DNA of 62,525 bases, counting the filler, from Catajapyx aquilonaris (lineage: Eukaryota), in the NCBI GenBank assembly GCA_000934665.2. It is 2 parts of 2 records of this genome, joined end to end, with 100 filler letters (N's around TTAATTAATTAA, not from the genome) between each part and the next. Parts side by side here need not be neighbours in the genome. Positions count along the whole stretch, not along the records: positions 1 to 31,150 come from JYFJ02004573.1; 1 more part is not named here. One strand, 5' to 3'. Positions 11,933 to 23,909 of this stretch are shown here, one piece after another. The notes under the pieces were generated by a model. The model worked only from the letters and a program-made list of their open reading frames with translations, was not told where the DNA came from and did not search any database. The position numbers and the translations under genes were made by a program. How positions within the stretch are numbered: the stretch's first letter is position 1; each line of letters starts with the position of its first letter.

Positions 11933-12627
11933 ATGGCCAGATATTGGGTGAGTTGTTGTTGCCCTTCATTATTATTGCGGCATGCTCTTTGGGCGCGGTC
12001 AGCTAGCAGGAGGAATATGCGACAATATGTCATCGTTTTTGATGGTAGGTGAACTTTGTGGTGGCTCTGCTGCTGGTGTTGTCGACGGTGGAGTCCAGGC
12101 CTGCCGATGCTGAGAAGCCGTCGACGTCGTCGTCGATAGATCTGTCGTCTGTGGCCACTGGCGTGGTCCGCAGCATCCTGGGAGAGGCCATCCGGAGGGC
12201 GGTCAATCCCAAGTCCTCCTCCTCCTCCAATAACAACAAACCACCAGTGGGTGCAGCAGGACCACCCCTGGACCTGCAGCATCTCCTGGAGCAGCGGCAA
12301 CGACAGCATCAGAGCCTTCCCCGTCTCCTCCCGCCCAACCCGGCCTTCAACGACGTCCTTCCTTTGACGATGACGGACAGGACCGGCAGGCCGCAGCATG
12401 GTCTTCCTCCTCCGCCTGCGCAGATCCTGATGCCTCCTCCCATGTCCACCTTCAACGGATGGGACCAACAGCAGCAACCATCTGTCCAGCAGCTGCAGCC
12501 TCAATCAGCAGCATCCGATGATCTGGTGAGGAGCGCCAGGCGGTCTCCGTCTCTCCCGGCATCCCTGCACCACCAGCAGGAGACGGACAAGGCCTACCAG
12601 AGGTACCTGGACACATTCGTCGCGTGA
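11933..12627 (+). CDS. Orphan secreted P/Q/S-rich protein, 2 exons, ~197 aa
   Basis: Kozak-like ACCATGG. Exon 11933-11947 (MARYW, donor GTGAGT), 101-bp intron, exon 12049-12627. The spliced N-terminus MARYWVNFVVALLLVLSTVES-RP is a plausible signal peptide. GC-rich codon-like composition in an AT-rich context; TATA-like CATAAAAG at ~11817. Confidence 0.75.
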
Positions 12628-15600
12628 AAGGAAAGGAAGGCAGCATCCACACTGCTGGATTACACCATGCTGCTCTACAACTAAGTCTGACAACCCATTC
12701 CATCCATCCATCCGTCGCCTCATCGTCGCCATCGCATGTTGTATCCTCATCATCAGTGATATCATTGTTGCCGATTAAAAAAACAACAACAGCTCAATGT
12801 TGCCATACGTATATTGGTCTGTTCATTCCCTATATACTTCCATTTGTCCGCAATTTGCATGTCGTCGCGTGTACTACGTGATGGTGCTGTGGTGTAGTAC
12901 GAAAAGGAGTCGAGGCAGAAGAACTCAACCACCGTTGGCCGCTTGCGAGCTCCACAGCCAACGGTGGTGGAGTTACCACGCCTCGACTCCCAATTCCCGC
13001 ATCAATAGATATTGTTGCTGCATATAATCCGAGGCCATTGTTGATGCAATCGGGACATCATCCGGTTCATCCTTCAAGATGATGGTCGTCTATCGTTGTC
13101 CACTGGCGCATAGCCATTCTGAAGGGACAAGAAGAAAGATTCGGTGAGTGCTGGCAATGAGACATCAATGTCCGAATAACCTGCCTCAACAACAACAATG
13201 CTCTCTCGTCGTCGTCGTCGTCGTCGTCGTTGCTTCTCAATTGATTCCCACCCACACAACCTGGCAGTTATGCGAAACTATTCACCTTGAATCGTTTTAT
13301 TGTAGCCGCAGAATTTGCAACCGGACCAGGCCGGTCTCTGTGCAGCCCGGGGCAATAAGGCGGGGATCGCTCTCTTTCGCTTAGGATGCCCTTGATATTA
13401 TATTCTGTCATCGTCGCAATAACTATATACCCAGGAGGCGAGGCAGGAATTCGCGGAAATTACATGCAGAAATTGTTCTTATTGTTACAATATGGCACTT
13501 GAACAATGCAAATAAGATCGCAATGCTCCCTATAACAATATACCGTTCATTATTATGCCCCATCAGATCATTACAAAAAGTAGTGCTCTTCGTCTATAGC
13601 GGTGTACTAGTAATTGCATCAGTGCAAATGGCACTTGACGCATGAATTTTCAAGTAATGAAGGTGGTACTCACATATTTCCCTGACAGTATATAGTTGTT
13701 GAAGCTGCTGGACTGCCTCGTCATCCTGAATGGTCTAGTCCAAACGCATTGGTCCAGGAGGAATAATAACGCATGAGACGACGATGACGTGCAAATAAAG
13801 TTGATGAGAGGCAAATGAGAAGCTGCGACCTGACTTAATTAGTATGATTGGAGCCGTCCAAATGGATTCTGGCGACTGCTGTCGATCTGCTGATGCCTGC
13901 TTGCCTGCTTGCTTGCTGATGGATGATGGTGTGCTGGAGACACAGCTAGAGGACCTCCCTGTTGTCTCTCGTCTGGTGGTGGTGGAGGTGTTCAGGAGAT
14001 TTCATTCCCCTCGCTCCCTCCTTCCCACCCTGCTCCCACCTCAAGCAGGCCCATTTCGCAAAGCTATAAAACCTATACTGCCTTATTCTTATTGTGCTTG
14101 ATGCCCCCTCAGGCTTGCTCTCTAGCTTCTATCCTTGGATCGGAGCCCAAGGTCCTTCAAGGATGCTGGTGGCAAGCAGAGGAGCAGCTATCCAACCACT
14201 CCTATATACCCCACACCTCCTCGTCCCCTCGTCACACNTCACACCCACATCAATAACCTGCTGATCAGAAGCATGCAACCATACATTTTCCCATAACATC
14301 TCTCTCACCGAGAGAGGAAAAGGAGAGACTTGAATGCTCCAATGGGCAGGCATGGCCTACCCCAACAATATAATTTAATAACAGGACCACAGCAGGTGCC
14401 AGCGTATGTGGGCCACTCCATCTCCCATTAATAATTATTACCGAATTATGTATAGTAGCCTACACACACCAATGGCAAATCAATATGTGGGGAAAAGGCG
14501 CTCACTTATTCAAGGTCTGAGCAACACCTGCCAGCAATAACACACTGCAATATATGTGCTCCATATACACCTATTATATTGGACCTGTAGTGTAGGTCAT
14601 CATGCGCGGGCAGTGCACTTCCTGATGATGCCAGCACCAGCAAAGTATATACATCGATCATCAGGGCACCAGATTTTGAGCATGCAAGCAGCAGTCAGGA
14701 GAGCTGGTCCTCAGCATCAGATACATTGGCATCATCTCTCTGCTGATGTGCATAATAATTATGCTCAAGGTTTATTGGCCTGATCCCGTTCGTTGGCAAT
14801 GTCACCTTCCCCTTCTCCGTATAGAAGAGGACTACAACTACCTTGTTGCTAAGAGGGAGCTCGCTTCCAGTTCCATTCTCACCATCCATTTGCGTTTATT
14901 GCCTCAGCATGTGGAATCTTATTGCTGCACCATTACGATAGAGGGGTGTAAATTCTGATCATATTTCATGACAATAATTTAACCTTTGGGCATAGCCTAC
15001 ACAATTTTTTTCATGCCAAGAAAACACACCTCCTCTAGGTGTCCAGTGTAGGTGAACACGAAATGGTTCCATAATTTTAATAAGAGCATGTGTTCTGCAT
15101 GCTCAACGGCTTCGTCATCATCAGCCATGTTACAACATATTGTATTCACACATTTTAAATCCATATGTCTTCCTGCCAACAAAAAGAAGAGACGGAGGGA
15201 AACATGATGACTGATACGCCAGCAAATGAACTGCATCAGTCGTCTGCACACATGTGACATAACACGACGTGCAAGATGGCATCCAAGATAATGAATAAAC
15301 CAGCATTTTAATGGCGTAATTCTCCTGGACAGGTTTTCATGTTCTGTAACAGATTTACGCAGCCACAGTATATAGTGCGTCAATCTGTTCAGCATGCTGC
15401 TATCCTCGAAGATCAAAAAGGGCAAGTCGCAATTTAATATCATAGCGCAGTATTTTTTTAAAAAAACTTGCAGGAGTCGTAATAGGTGGGGCAGGATTGG
15501 GGACAGGGGATTTTATTACATAAGCTATAAATCAATGACTATTAAGCAATTTAAAAAAAAGCCCATTAGATTCGAATTTATGCCTGTTGAATGCTCATTA

Positions 15601-17058
15601 CAGCACTCACAACACCATGTGAATTCAAATCAGGACTTGCATATCATCAGTACAGGCAAATGTGAATTATTTTTAGGAATTGACTGACATTATTATCAGC
15701 AGCACGCCAGCAAAAATTACTGTTGCACTGATGCTCACACGTGGTTTTGTCTGCTTGTGGACATGACCATTGCAGCTGGGTTATGCTTCACTCTTCTGAA
15801 CATATATAACCAGTTCATTATCTGGCAATTAATTGCCACACAACAGGGCTTGTTTCACCAACTACACTTCACTGCGCAGTCAACAGAAACAGGTTGTTGA
15901 ACGAATATTTATGATGTTATTACGAGGTTTTCATGGGTTACTCATGCTGCACGTCCACTGGACATGTGATCACTTTTTGTCAGGAATTAGAACCATTTTC
16001 ATTCCTACACCAGTCAAATGTGATGTGCATGTCTTCTCTTGGTAAGCGTACAAGTGCATTGAAAACACCTAGAGTAATCACATGATTCGCAGGCAAACAG
16101 GGCAGCGTTGAATGCAAGCAGTGAAGGCGGACAGAGGGAACGAAAAGTGCGGGAAACGGGCATGGTTATTTAAGCAAGCGGCAAATTCTGGATTAACTTT
16201 TAATGGTCTTGGTATTTCTTGTACAAAAATGCAACGGAAGGTACAAGGAAAAATTGAAAGGAGAAGGTGTAGCTGTGGGGAGGGTAAAGCACCTTATATT
16301 GAGAATCATCCTCGTAACAAGATCGTATGGGGGTCAATACAATGTATGAAATGCATGTACAAAATAATAGCAAGTGATCGCGAGGGAGCAAGAGGGGGCT
16401 TACATGAAATCTAGGTAACGCATGCTGCAAGGCGATGGAACATTCTCCTGCGTTTTATCCCGCCAATTGAAGTTGATCCGATTAAAAGAAGCCATTGCTT
16501 TTTTGTGGGATTTCCAACCCGATTTTATTGTCAGAGTGCGAAAGTGGGAAGGGGTTTGGAGGGGGAAACAACTCTTGGGGAGGTCATCGGGAAGGTCGAA
16601 GCAGAAGGAACAAAAATGATATTATATGTGTGTGTGTGTATTGTATATATATATGTAAAAGAAACAAAAAATCACTTCAGCACTGGTCTATATCTCTTTG
16701 CCATATCTCCTCATCATCATCAGTAAACAACATTGCCCACGCTTCCTATGCTGAAGAGGCCCACGGAATGATACACTCGGGACACATCTTTGGTGGTGTT
16801 TTGAGGAGGGCAGCAGGGTTTAGGGGTGGGCGAGAGGAAAGGTGACATGCTGCGGGAGGTGTGTTGGAAAGGTACGTGGGTGGGCAGGAGGAGGCCATCT
16901 TTTCAAATTTTCCATCACATACATATTCCCAGAGTCCTATCCCTGAACAGTCTATATATATTTATATATATATACTCTTTTGCACTGTGGAGCGATGACC
17001 ATCACTTTTTGGGAAGGGAGAGCGGGGTGGGTGGGTGGGTGGGTTGAAGGGTCAGTCA

Positions 17059-18715
17059 TTACGTGTTCCGAATCTTTCCGGGCACGTAGTTCTTGTCAAT
17101 GACCGTCTCTTGCAAGAACATGTGCAGGCAGCGTTCATTCTGAGCCAGCGGATGGCCTGCAATCCTGGGGAGGGAGAAAATAGAAACGTCATTTGCATGT
17201 GTGACCCCAACAACCTTTGCAATCTCTTTGCATGCATGCAACTGGCTTTTTCCTGCCCATTTATCAGCTTGACCCAGACAAATCGTGACTAGTGAAGCTC
17301 GCATTTGCTATATTCCGCACAATGAAGGTAACTTAACCCATGGTGTGGTCTGTTCACCTCTTAACATTTTAGATCCCTCACCATGGGAGTTATATCCTGT
17401 GGCTACGTTACCTTCACTGGCACAGAATACAGAAAGCTTGAACTTGGGGACCTCACAATATTGCTAATGCTGTACTAAGGGTCCGTTATAAACCCATGCC
17501 CCATACCAATGAGGCATCATTAACTCAAAGGTATGCCCAACTAGAAAGAGATAGAATTTTTGGACCCTGCTGGCACGTGTTTGTTGCAATATGAATCTGT
17601 AAAATTATCCAAATGGCAACTCAGGTCTTGTGACAACTGCAGTGGCATTAGGAAAACCCAAGTTGCTGTATTCACTTTTCCAAGAGATATTATTATAGCG
17701 AGAACGGTGGAGAACGACAAGTGAAACCAATCCTTGGGCGTCCTTTCGGCAGGACCTTTGTTGACAAATGCTGCGTCAGACTCACTTGTTGACAAATATT
17801 TCCAGTCCCTTGCGCCTGTCCTCTATAAAGTCATCCTCGTAGATCCCGTCATCACCACGGAATGGCATCTGTCTCTTCCAGGCCTTCCCTGGCAGTGGTG
17901 GAACAACAATCTGCAAAGGCAAATGAAAAGTCACTCGGAATGCACGTGGCACAACGAAAATCCCTACATGATGTCATTTCCCCCCATTTTTGAATAATAA
18001 TTTAATTCATTGAAGCATGACAGAAAAAGTTGCACTGGTGTGTACCCGCCTTGTGACAAGCGGCAGCAGGGAATGCGGTGCTTGAAGGAATGGGAAGGAA
18101 TGGAATGGGAGGCTGGCATGGATGCCTCGGCTTCCAAGGGTGCTTCTCTCTCAGTGCCACAAATATGCAGATGCTGCCGCAAAGCATCACTTAATGAGGG
18201 GAACTGCAATTTTTATCATGTTTATCACTGAGCACTTGTGTACACATGGGCTAATACACACAAGTGTACATTCTTACAGGGTTGCCAAGTGTGGTGCCAA
18301 GAAGCGAGACCACCCTGCATGGCATACAATTGCAATGTTATTTGTATACTGCGTGATTGCGCACTCTTTAGGTGCAGCGGCATGGACTCACTTTGCTGTC
18401 CCTCTCCAGCTCGTTCCTGAGCCACTCGAAGTCGCTGTACCGCCGCCTGACTGAGGACTCCTTCACCTTGAAGACGGGCAGGTTGGTCTGCGGGAAGGAA
18501 GAAGAGATGTACTCCAAATGCAGTGCGACCCGTATGCCGTGCACACTCACCCTCATGCGGACCTCGTAGTCGGTGTACCTCTTCTTCCCGACCCCGTGTG
18601 TCATTGGGTTGAGCACGTCTATCTCGAGGAAGTTGGCTGGGGCGGCGTAGGCGTCGTCCAGCGTCTGCTTCTTGACGTTGAGGCGCCGGGTGGCGTCCGC
18701 TGACGTCTCCGCCAT
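17059..18715 (-). CDS. SNX3: Sorting nexin 3/12 (PX domain), 4 exons, 163 aa
   Basis: Exons 18715-18551, 18487-18392, 17910-17786 and 17164-17059. PANFLEIDV, YTDYEVRMRTNLPVFK, VRRRYSDFEWLRNELERDSKIVVPPLPGKA, IAGHPLAQNERCLHMFLQ. Confidence 0.97.
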
Positions 18716-19167
18716 TGCCCCCGATCTGCCCTCCTTCTCTCTCTCTCTTCGGCCAAGGGGCGGTTGCGTGTGGTTGCCCCGGGGCGGGTTGCCGGTCGCA
18801 GCAGGCCCCTTCTTCTGCTTCCTTGCAAATCTAGGCCTAAGGGAAGGAGAGGATTCTGTGTGTTCTATCTGGCTCCTTCTACAAAAGTCCTTTGCTCTCT
18901 CTCTCTCTCTCTCTCTCCACCCCTCCCCCCTCGAGACTAGTGACGTCGACCCTACGCCCCCCTCCCGCCGATGACGTCACAAGACAGGGTGGCCAGACGG
19001 ATCTGGCCACCCTGGCTGATGCCGTCATCGTCTGAGCAGGGTGGCCAGATGGTCGGTTGGTCTGGCCACCCTGCTTCTTGCGAGGGTGTCATGGCGGCCC
19101 CCATGCGTCCAAACACTTGACCAGCAGCTCGGGACATGTCCGGTTCAGGCCGTCCGCTGTGAGCAAC
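18716..19167. promoter_or_regulatory. Bidirectional promoter region SNX3/MBTPS2 with CRE-type sites and two mini-palindromes
   Basis: Divergent ATGs 452 bp apart. TGACGTC at ~18941 and TGACGTCA at ~18972; CAGGGTGGCCAGA...TCTGGCCACCCTG twice (~18986-19014 and ~19037-19073); (CT)n tract at ~18895-18917. Confidence 0.6.
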
Positions 19168-20942
19168 ATGGAGTGGGTCGCCTTCCTCCTGCTGTTCCTT
19201 GGCTTCCACTGCGTCCTCTACTTCCTAGACTCTCTCTTCCGGGTGAGTACACCAACCAACCAACATGTGGAGGATACTAATAATGATGGCCTCTCTCTCT
19301 CTGTGCCAGTCATGCCACCACCTGCCGTACCTGTGGGTGGCCCACCGCCTGGGCATCCACGTGGGGTTCCTCCAGGTCCGGCTGACCACCTCCGCGCTGA
19401 ACCGGCTGTTCCACAAGTGGGGAGGGATGGTGCGGCCCAGGCTCCTCCGCCTGTGGTTCTCCGCCGGGGTGTGGGCCACCCTGCTGTTGCTGCTGCCTGG
19501 CACCATCCTGCTGGTCTTCACCGCTTTTGAGCACTTCTCCAGGATGGTGGCCAGCGGTGGAGGGGCTGGCGGCGGGGGCAGCCCAGGGGCCGTCCAGAGG
19601 CCGGTGCTGGAGCCCGTGCTGCCTGGGGTCAACCTCCCTTCCTCCCAGTGGGGGCACTACCTGCTGGCCCTCCTCACCTGCAGTGTGGTGCACGAGGCGG
19701 GGCACGCCTTGGCCGCTGTCAGGGAGGGGGTGCCCGTCATGGGCTGCGGAGTCATGATCCTGGCCGTGCTGCCAGCCGCCTTCGTGGAGCTCTCCTCCGA
19801 GGCCCTGCGCGCCCTGCCACCCAAGCGCCGCCTCAGAGTCCTCTGCGCTGGGGTGTGGCACAACATGGTGCTGGCTGGTGCGGCCTACGGAGCCATACTC
19901 TGCCTGCCCTCCATGCTGTCCCCTCTCTTCCACCACGGACGGGGCATACTCCTCTACGGCTTGGATGTATCATCTGGCGCAGGTGGCCCAACCGGTCTCC
20001 AGGTGAGAGCACGTGCGGTTCATTGCACCGCGACACTTCCTGATAACAACAATTATTGCAGGTTGGTGACCACATCCTGCGGGTGGACCAGTGCATAGTG
20101 CAGTCTGGTGTGGACTGGCGACGCTGCCTGTCCACCTCGGCCTTCTCTCCTCCAAACGCGTACTGTGTTCCTGCCGAGATGGTGCACCAGCTGGACGAGA
20201 GCGTGCCAGTCAGGCAGCTGCCAAGGGGCAGCGTGGAATGTTGCGGGGCCAGCAGCCCCAACCACCTCTGCTTCGAGCACCTGGAAGGGGGAGGCGGCGC
20301 AATGGCACTTCCGCAGTACTCCTGCCTACCCGCCAGGAATGTCCTGGACTCTGCCTTGGGCCTGTGCGGCGTCCCCAAAGCGGGGAAGGCAACATCAAAG
20401 CGGGGGAGAGACGAGGAGGAAGGCGCAGAAGGCGACGAAGGAGCAGGTATTCAACTGAGAAGTGTGGACATGGAAACAAGATATTTATTGGCATTGTTGC
20501 CTCAGGTTGCATGCGCGACTCCTTCTGCCTGCGTCCGTCGCTGGACAATTCCACCCGGCTGGTGCAGGTCAGGGTTCGTGGCAGAGCGGACGTCCTGTAC
20601 CTGGGGAGCCCCCACCAGATGGCGGCTGCGACTCTGGTGTCCGACTATGTGCCCAGGAGCGGGCCCGCAGACGGCGTTGAGGGAGAGGACAGCCAGGGAT
20701 CCCCCTGGCCGGAGTCTGTGGAGACATTCCTGTGCTATGTGCTGGCCTTTTCCCTGGCGCTGGCCCTCCTGAACGCCGTCCCCTGCCTGGCCCTGGACGG
20801 CCAGCACCTCACCCAAGCGCTGCTGGAAATGTCCGTCCTCCCAGCCAAGAGGGCGCTGGCTGCCAATGCGCTGGTGGGTGTGGGAACCTTCCTGGTGGCC
20901 CTCAACCTGGTGCTGGGCTTGGCCTCGCTCATCTCCACCTGA
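19168..20942 (+). CDS. MBTPS2: Site-2 protease (M50 membrane metalloprotease), 4 exons
   Basis: Exons 19168-19242, 19310-20002, 20062-20446 and 20506-20942 (67/59/59-bp introns). LPGVNLP, HEAGH zinc motif, PAAFVEL, CAGVWHN, a PDZ/Cys-rich loop, NAVPCLALDGQ. Confidence 0.96.
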
Positions 20943-20973
20943 CCCCGGGTCGCAGCGCCGGACGTGGCAGTGC

Positions 20974-21441
20974 TTATTTTTTAGCCTGTCCGCTGTGGTG
21001 GACGGCCTCCTGCAGCTCCTTCAGGAACTGCGCTGCGTGACCCTGCATCACCCGGATTGTCCTCTGGAGTGACAAAAAAAAGACACTTTTACTGCCATTC
21101 TCTGCACACGCTCTTCAGACTGAACTTTCCTATGGGGCCATCCATTTACGTAACCCTTCCCTGTCAGCTTTAGTTATAAAGTGTGCCATTTTCATGTGGG
21201 TTCGTGGTCACATTCCCGGGGGACAAACCTCGTCGGTGACGCTTCTCCCTGCCTCGAAGTCCCCTCGCACCCATCTCCTGACCTCGTCCCTCTGCCGCTG
21301 GTCCTGGATGAGCTTGGAGGCCCGGAGGATGGCCCGGTACAGGCTGAGGCTGTGCTGGCGGAGGATGAACCCTCGCAGGTCCAAGGAGGGGCCGCCCTTG
21401 GTGCCCATCGCTCTGCAACACATGCTCAAGGGGGAAGCCAT
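20974..21441 (-). CDS. LYRM2: LYR motif-containing protein 2, 2 exons (start at 21441 or 21408)
   Basis: Exons 21441/21408-21229 and 21063-20974 (165-bp intron). LDLRGFILRQHSLSLYRAILR...WVRGDFEAGRSVTDE|RTIRVMQGHAAQFLKELQE has the LYRM2 layout; ~89-100 aa. Confidence 0.88.
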
Positions 21442-21657
21442 CTTTGGCCAGTGGGTGGGAGGGAGGGTGGGAAAGGCAGCCTGCCAACCGTGGCAGACAA
21501 GGCCGTGGAGTCACACATGGCCATCAAGTGTCACCACAAACGCCGGCCGACAAGTCACCAAAATGCCAGCCAATAAGTCACCAAAACGGACAACCAAAGA
21601 TTGTGTAATACTGTGTATTTGCGACCGTCTTTTTCCTTGTGTGGTATAAAGCACATT

Positions 21658-22365
21658 TTAATTGACCGAGTATGTTTGTCCTGATTTAGTCCGTTGTTGT
21701 CCCAGCCTCAGTAGGAAGTCCAGGAGGTACATCTGCACCTGGACTTCAGCTGGGTTGTTGGTGACGTAGAATCCAGGGACGCCTGCTTTCTCCAGGGTGA
21801 CCTGCTGGTCGCTCACTTTCTGGTCCAGCTCCAGCACCCGCTTCATGTCGCTCTGCTTCAGCTCGTTTGCGTGCCTGCGATCCAGGGAAGCCCTCTCCGC
21901 CTCGAACTGGACCGTCTCGGCTGGTGTGGGAGCTTCTCCAGCGGGCAACACCCGGTGCCTCTGAAGCAGCTCCTGCTTCTCAACTGGAAGAGGAGGCGGG
22001 AGGGAATAAGCCTGCGCTTTCCCCCACCGCGTGCGGGTACATACGCTTCTGCCTGTTGAGCAGCTGCAGGCGCTGCTGGAACAGATGCTTCTCCGTGACG
22101 TGCTGTATGTCCATCAGCCCCTTGACGATCTCAAACACGGTCTCGTTGAGCAGCGAGTGAGCCAAGGAGGACAGCAGCTCATACGGCAGCCTCTGCTGGT
22201 ATTTCCTATGCGCATCGCAATGAAAGCGGTATTAAAAGGAGGTGGGTTAATAACGGAGCGGTGTAGTTACGGAGGGAGCTCCTGTGCCATGGTCTGCAGG
22301 CGCTCCACCAGGTAGTACAGCCTCTTCTGCAGGTCCTCCGCGTCTCCAACCCCATCCAACTCCAT
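21658..22365 (-). CDS. DGCR6: DGCR6 / gonadal family protein, 3 exons
   Basis: Exons 22365-22271, 22205-22045 and 21983-21658 (65/61-bp introns). QQRLPYELLSSLA..LLNETVFEIVKGLMDIQHVTEK and ELDQKVSDQQVTLEKAGVPGFYVTNNP. Confidence 0.93.
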
Positions 22366-22597
22366 CCCCTTCAAAGAAAAGGGCTGTCAAAATCCCATGT
22401 GGAAGAAATCCAAGGGGGGCAAATCGGTGAGGTTGGCCAACGTGTCCGGATTGGCAACACTGCCTTCCCAGAAACCGCCCAACTGTTGGCACCACTGTCC
22501 GTCCAAGATGGCGGCGCCCATTTGATGGAAACGGGGGCGTATCATTTTTTTTTTTCCAATTCGAACAATTCGGGCTGGATTTTCGACGGAATGAGGC
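22366..22597. promoter_or_regulatory. Bidirectional promoter DGCR6/OSTM1
   Basis: Divergent ATGs 232 bp apart. YY1-type CAAGATGGCGGC at 22504-22515; TTGGCAACACTG and TTGGCACCACTG at ~22451 and ~22486. Confidence 0.55.
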
Positions 22598-23780
22598 ATG
22601 GCGACGGGCATCGGACACGTCCTGCTGCTCCCTGTCCTTCTGGCCTGCCCGCTGCTGGTGTCCTCCTCCTTCCAGCACACCACCATCCCATGGTGAGAGT
22701 GTGGCACGCAGCTTATTGTCCAGACTCCAGCTTTGACTCTCTCATTGTTTGCAGGGTAGACATAGACTGCCACCAGCTGCTGGAGAGGTTCGCGGAGGCC
22801 GCGTCGCAGATGACCAGATGCGTCCTGCGTCACTCGCGCCCCGTCAGACTCTGCGAGAGGTGCCTCGGGGAGCACCTCCGTGCGCAGGAGGCCTTCCGGA
22901 ACATATCAGGCCTGCCCAAGGGTGACCCCTGCAAGGCGGACCTGCTCCGGGGGGACAGGCTGGAGCTGGTCCAGGCCGGATACGGATTCGTCCGGGACAC
23001 CCTGTGGCAGAGCGCCAACTGCGACGGTCAGATGGCACAATGACAACGGGGAGGAAAGAAGGTTCAGATTGTAACGAATCATTGTTGCAGATTGTTACAC
23101 GGTCAACTCCAGCAGGATGGTTCTGCGCACGGGCGTGGCGCACTTGGCGGTGCAGTACAACCGCACGTTTTACTGCCTGACGCAGTTTGGAGGGCAGAAA
23201 AGCGACCCCTGCAAACGTTGCAGGGATGACTACCTGACACTCGCATCTCTCTACAACAATCTCACCAAGGGCAACAAGGCTATCTGCATGGACATTGTTG
23301 ACATGGTACGTGTTTGCGCAGTAATGACACACGGCAGGTTCAAGTTGAATAATACTTCGTTTATTGAACACGAGCGCTGTACAACACACACTTTAAAATT
23401 GAATGAATCGAATTTGTTGAAAAGGGGGTCGGAGCGAGAGATTTAAAAAGTTGGCTTGTTCCCTGCCAACAGATGAACTCCACGTGGCAACAATGGGACG
23501 GGCAGCTTGGCTGCAGGGCCGTGGAGGCCCCCGACAGGTGGTGGTACTTCCTGGTGGCTCCGCTGATCCTGGCCCTCCCGCTCTTCTTCTACTTCTGCCT
23601 CAGACGCTCCGTCGAGCGACAAGAGTCGATCGTCATGCAACGTGAGTACACACACTGACGCGCTGAACGAGCCTTGGGCTCCTCAAATAATAATACTGTA
23701 CGTCTACCCGCAACACAGAGCGGAGGCTTGCGGAGCAGCTGGCAGCCATGGCCAGGTCGTACTCTCGCCGCGACTCCTGA
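22598..23780 (+). CDS. OSTM1: Osteopetrosis-associated transmembrane protein 1 (ClC-7 beta subunit), 5 exons
   Basis: Exons 22598-22692, 22755-23026, 23091-23305, 23473-23641 and 23719-23780. Signal peptide; Cys pattern CVLRHSRPVRLCERC, WQSANCD.C, CKRC, ICMDIVDMMNST; a single C-terminal TM (LPLFFYF). Confidence 0.92.
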
Positions 23781-23909
23781 CCCACAGAATCTCTGGATAT
23801 CCGCACCCCCATTGTTACCACCTGAATGTCACGAATCAAAACCTGCCCAGCCACTGAAACCCGCCGCATCAAGCGACGGGTTCCAGTGGCTCCCTGCCGT
23901 TGCATAGTT

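Noticed and set aside
14997..15443. 148-aa minus-strand ORF and other 60-130 aa ORFs in 8.1-17 kb
   Set aside because: AT-rich, lack the GC-rich codon pattern of the real genes here, and show no domain or coherent exon chain.
17165..18391. Intronic snoRNAs in the two long SNX3 introns
   Set aside because: No properly spaced C/D or H/ACA boxes with terminal stems found by eye.
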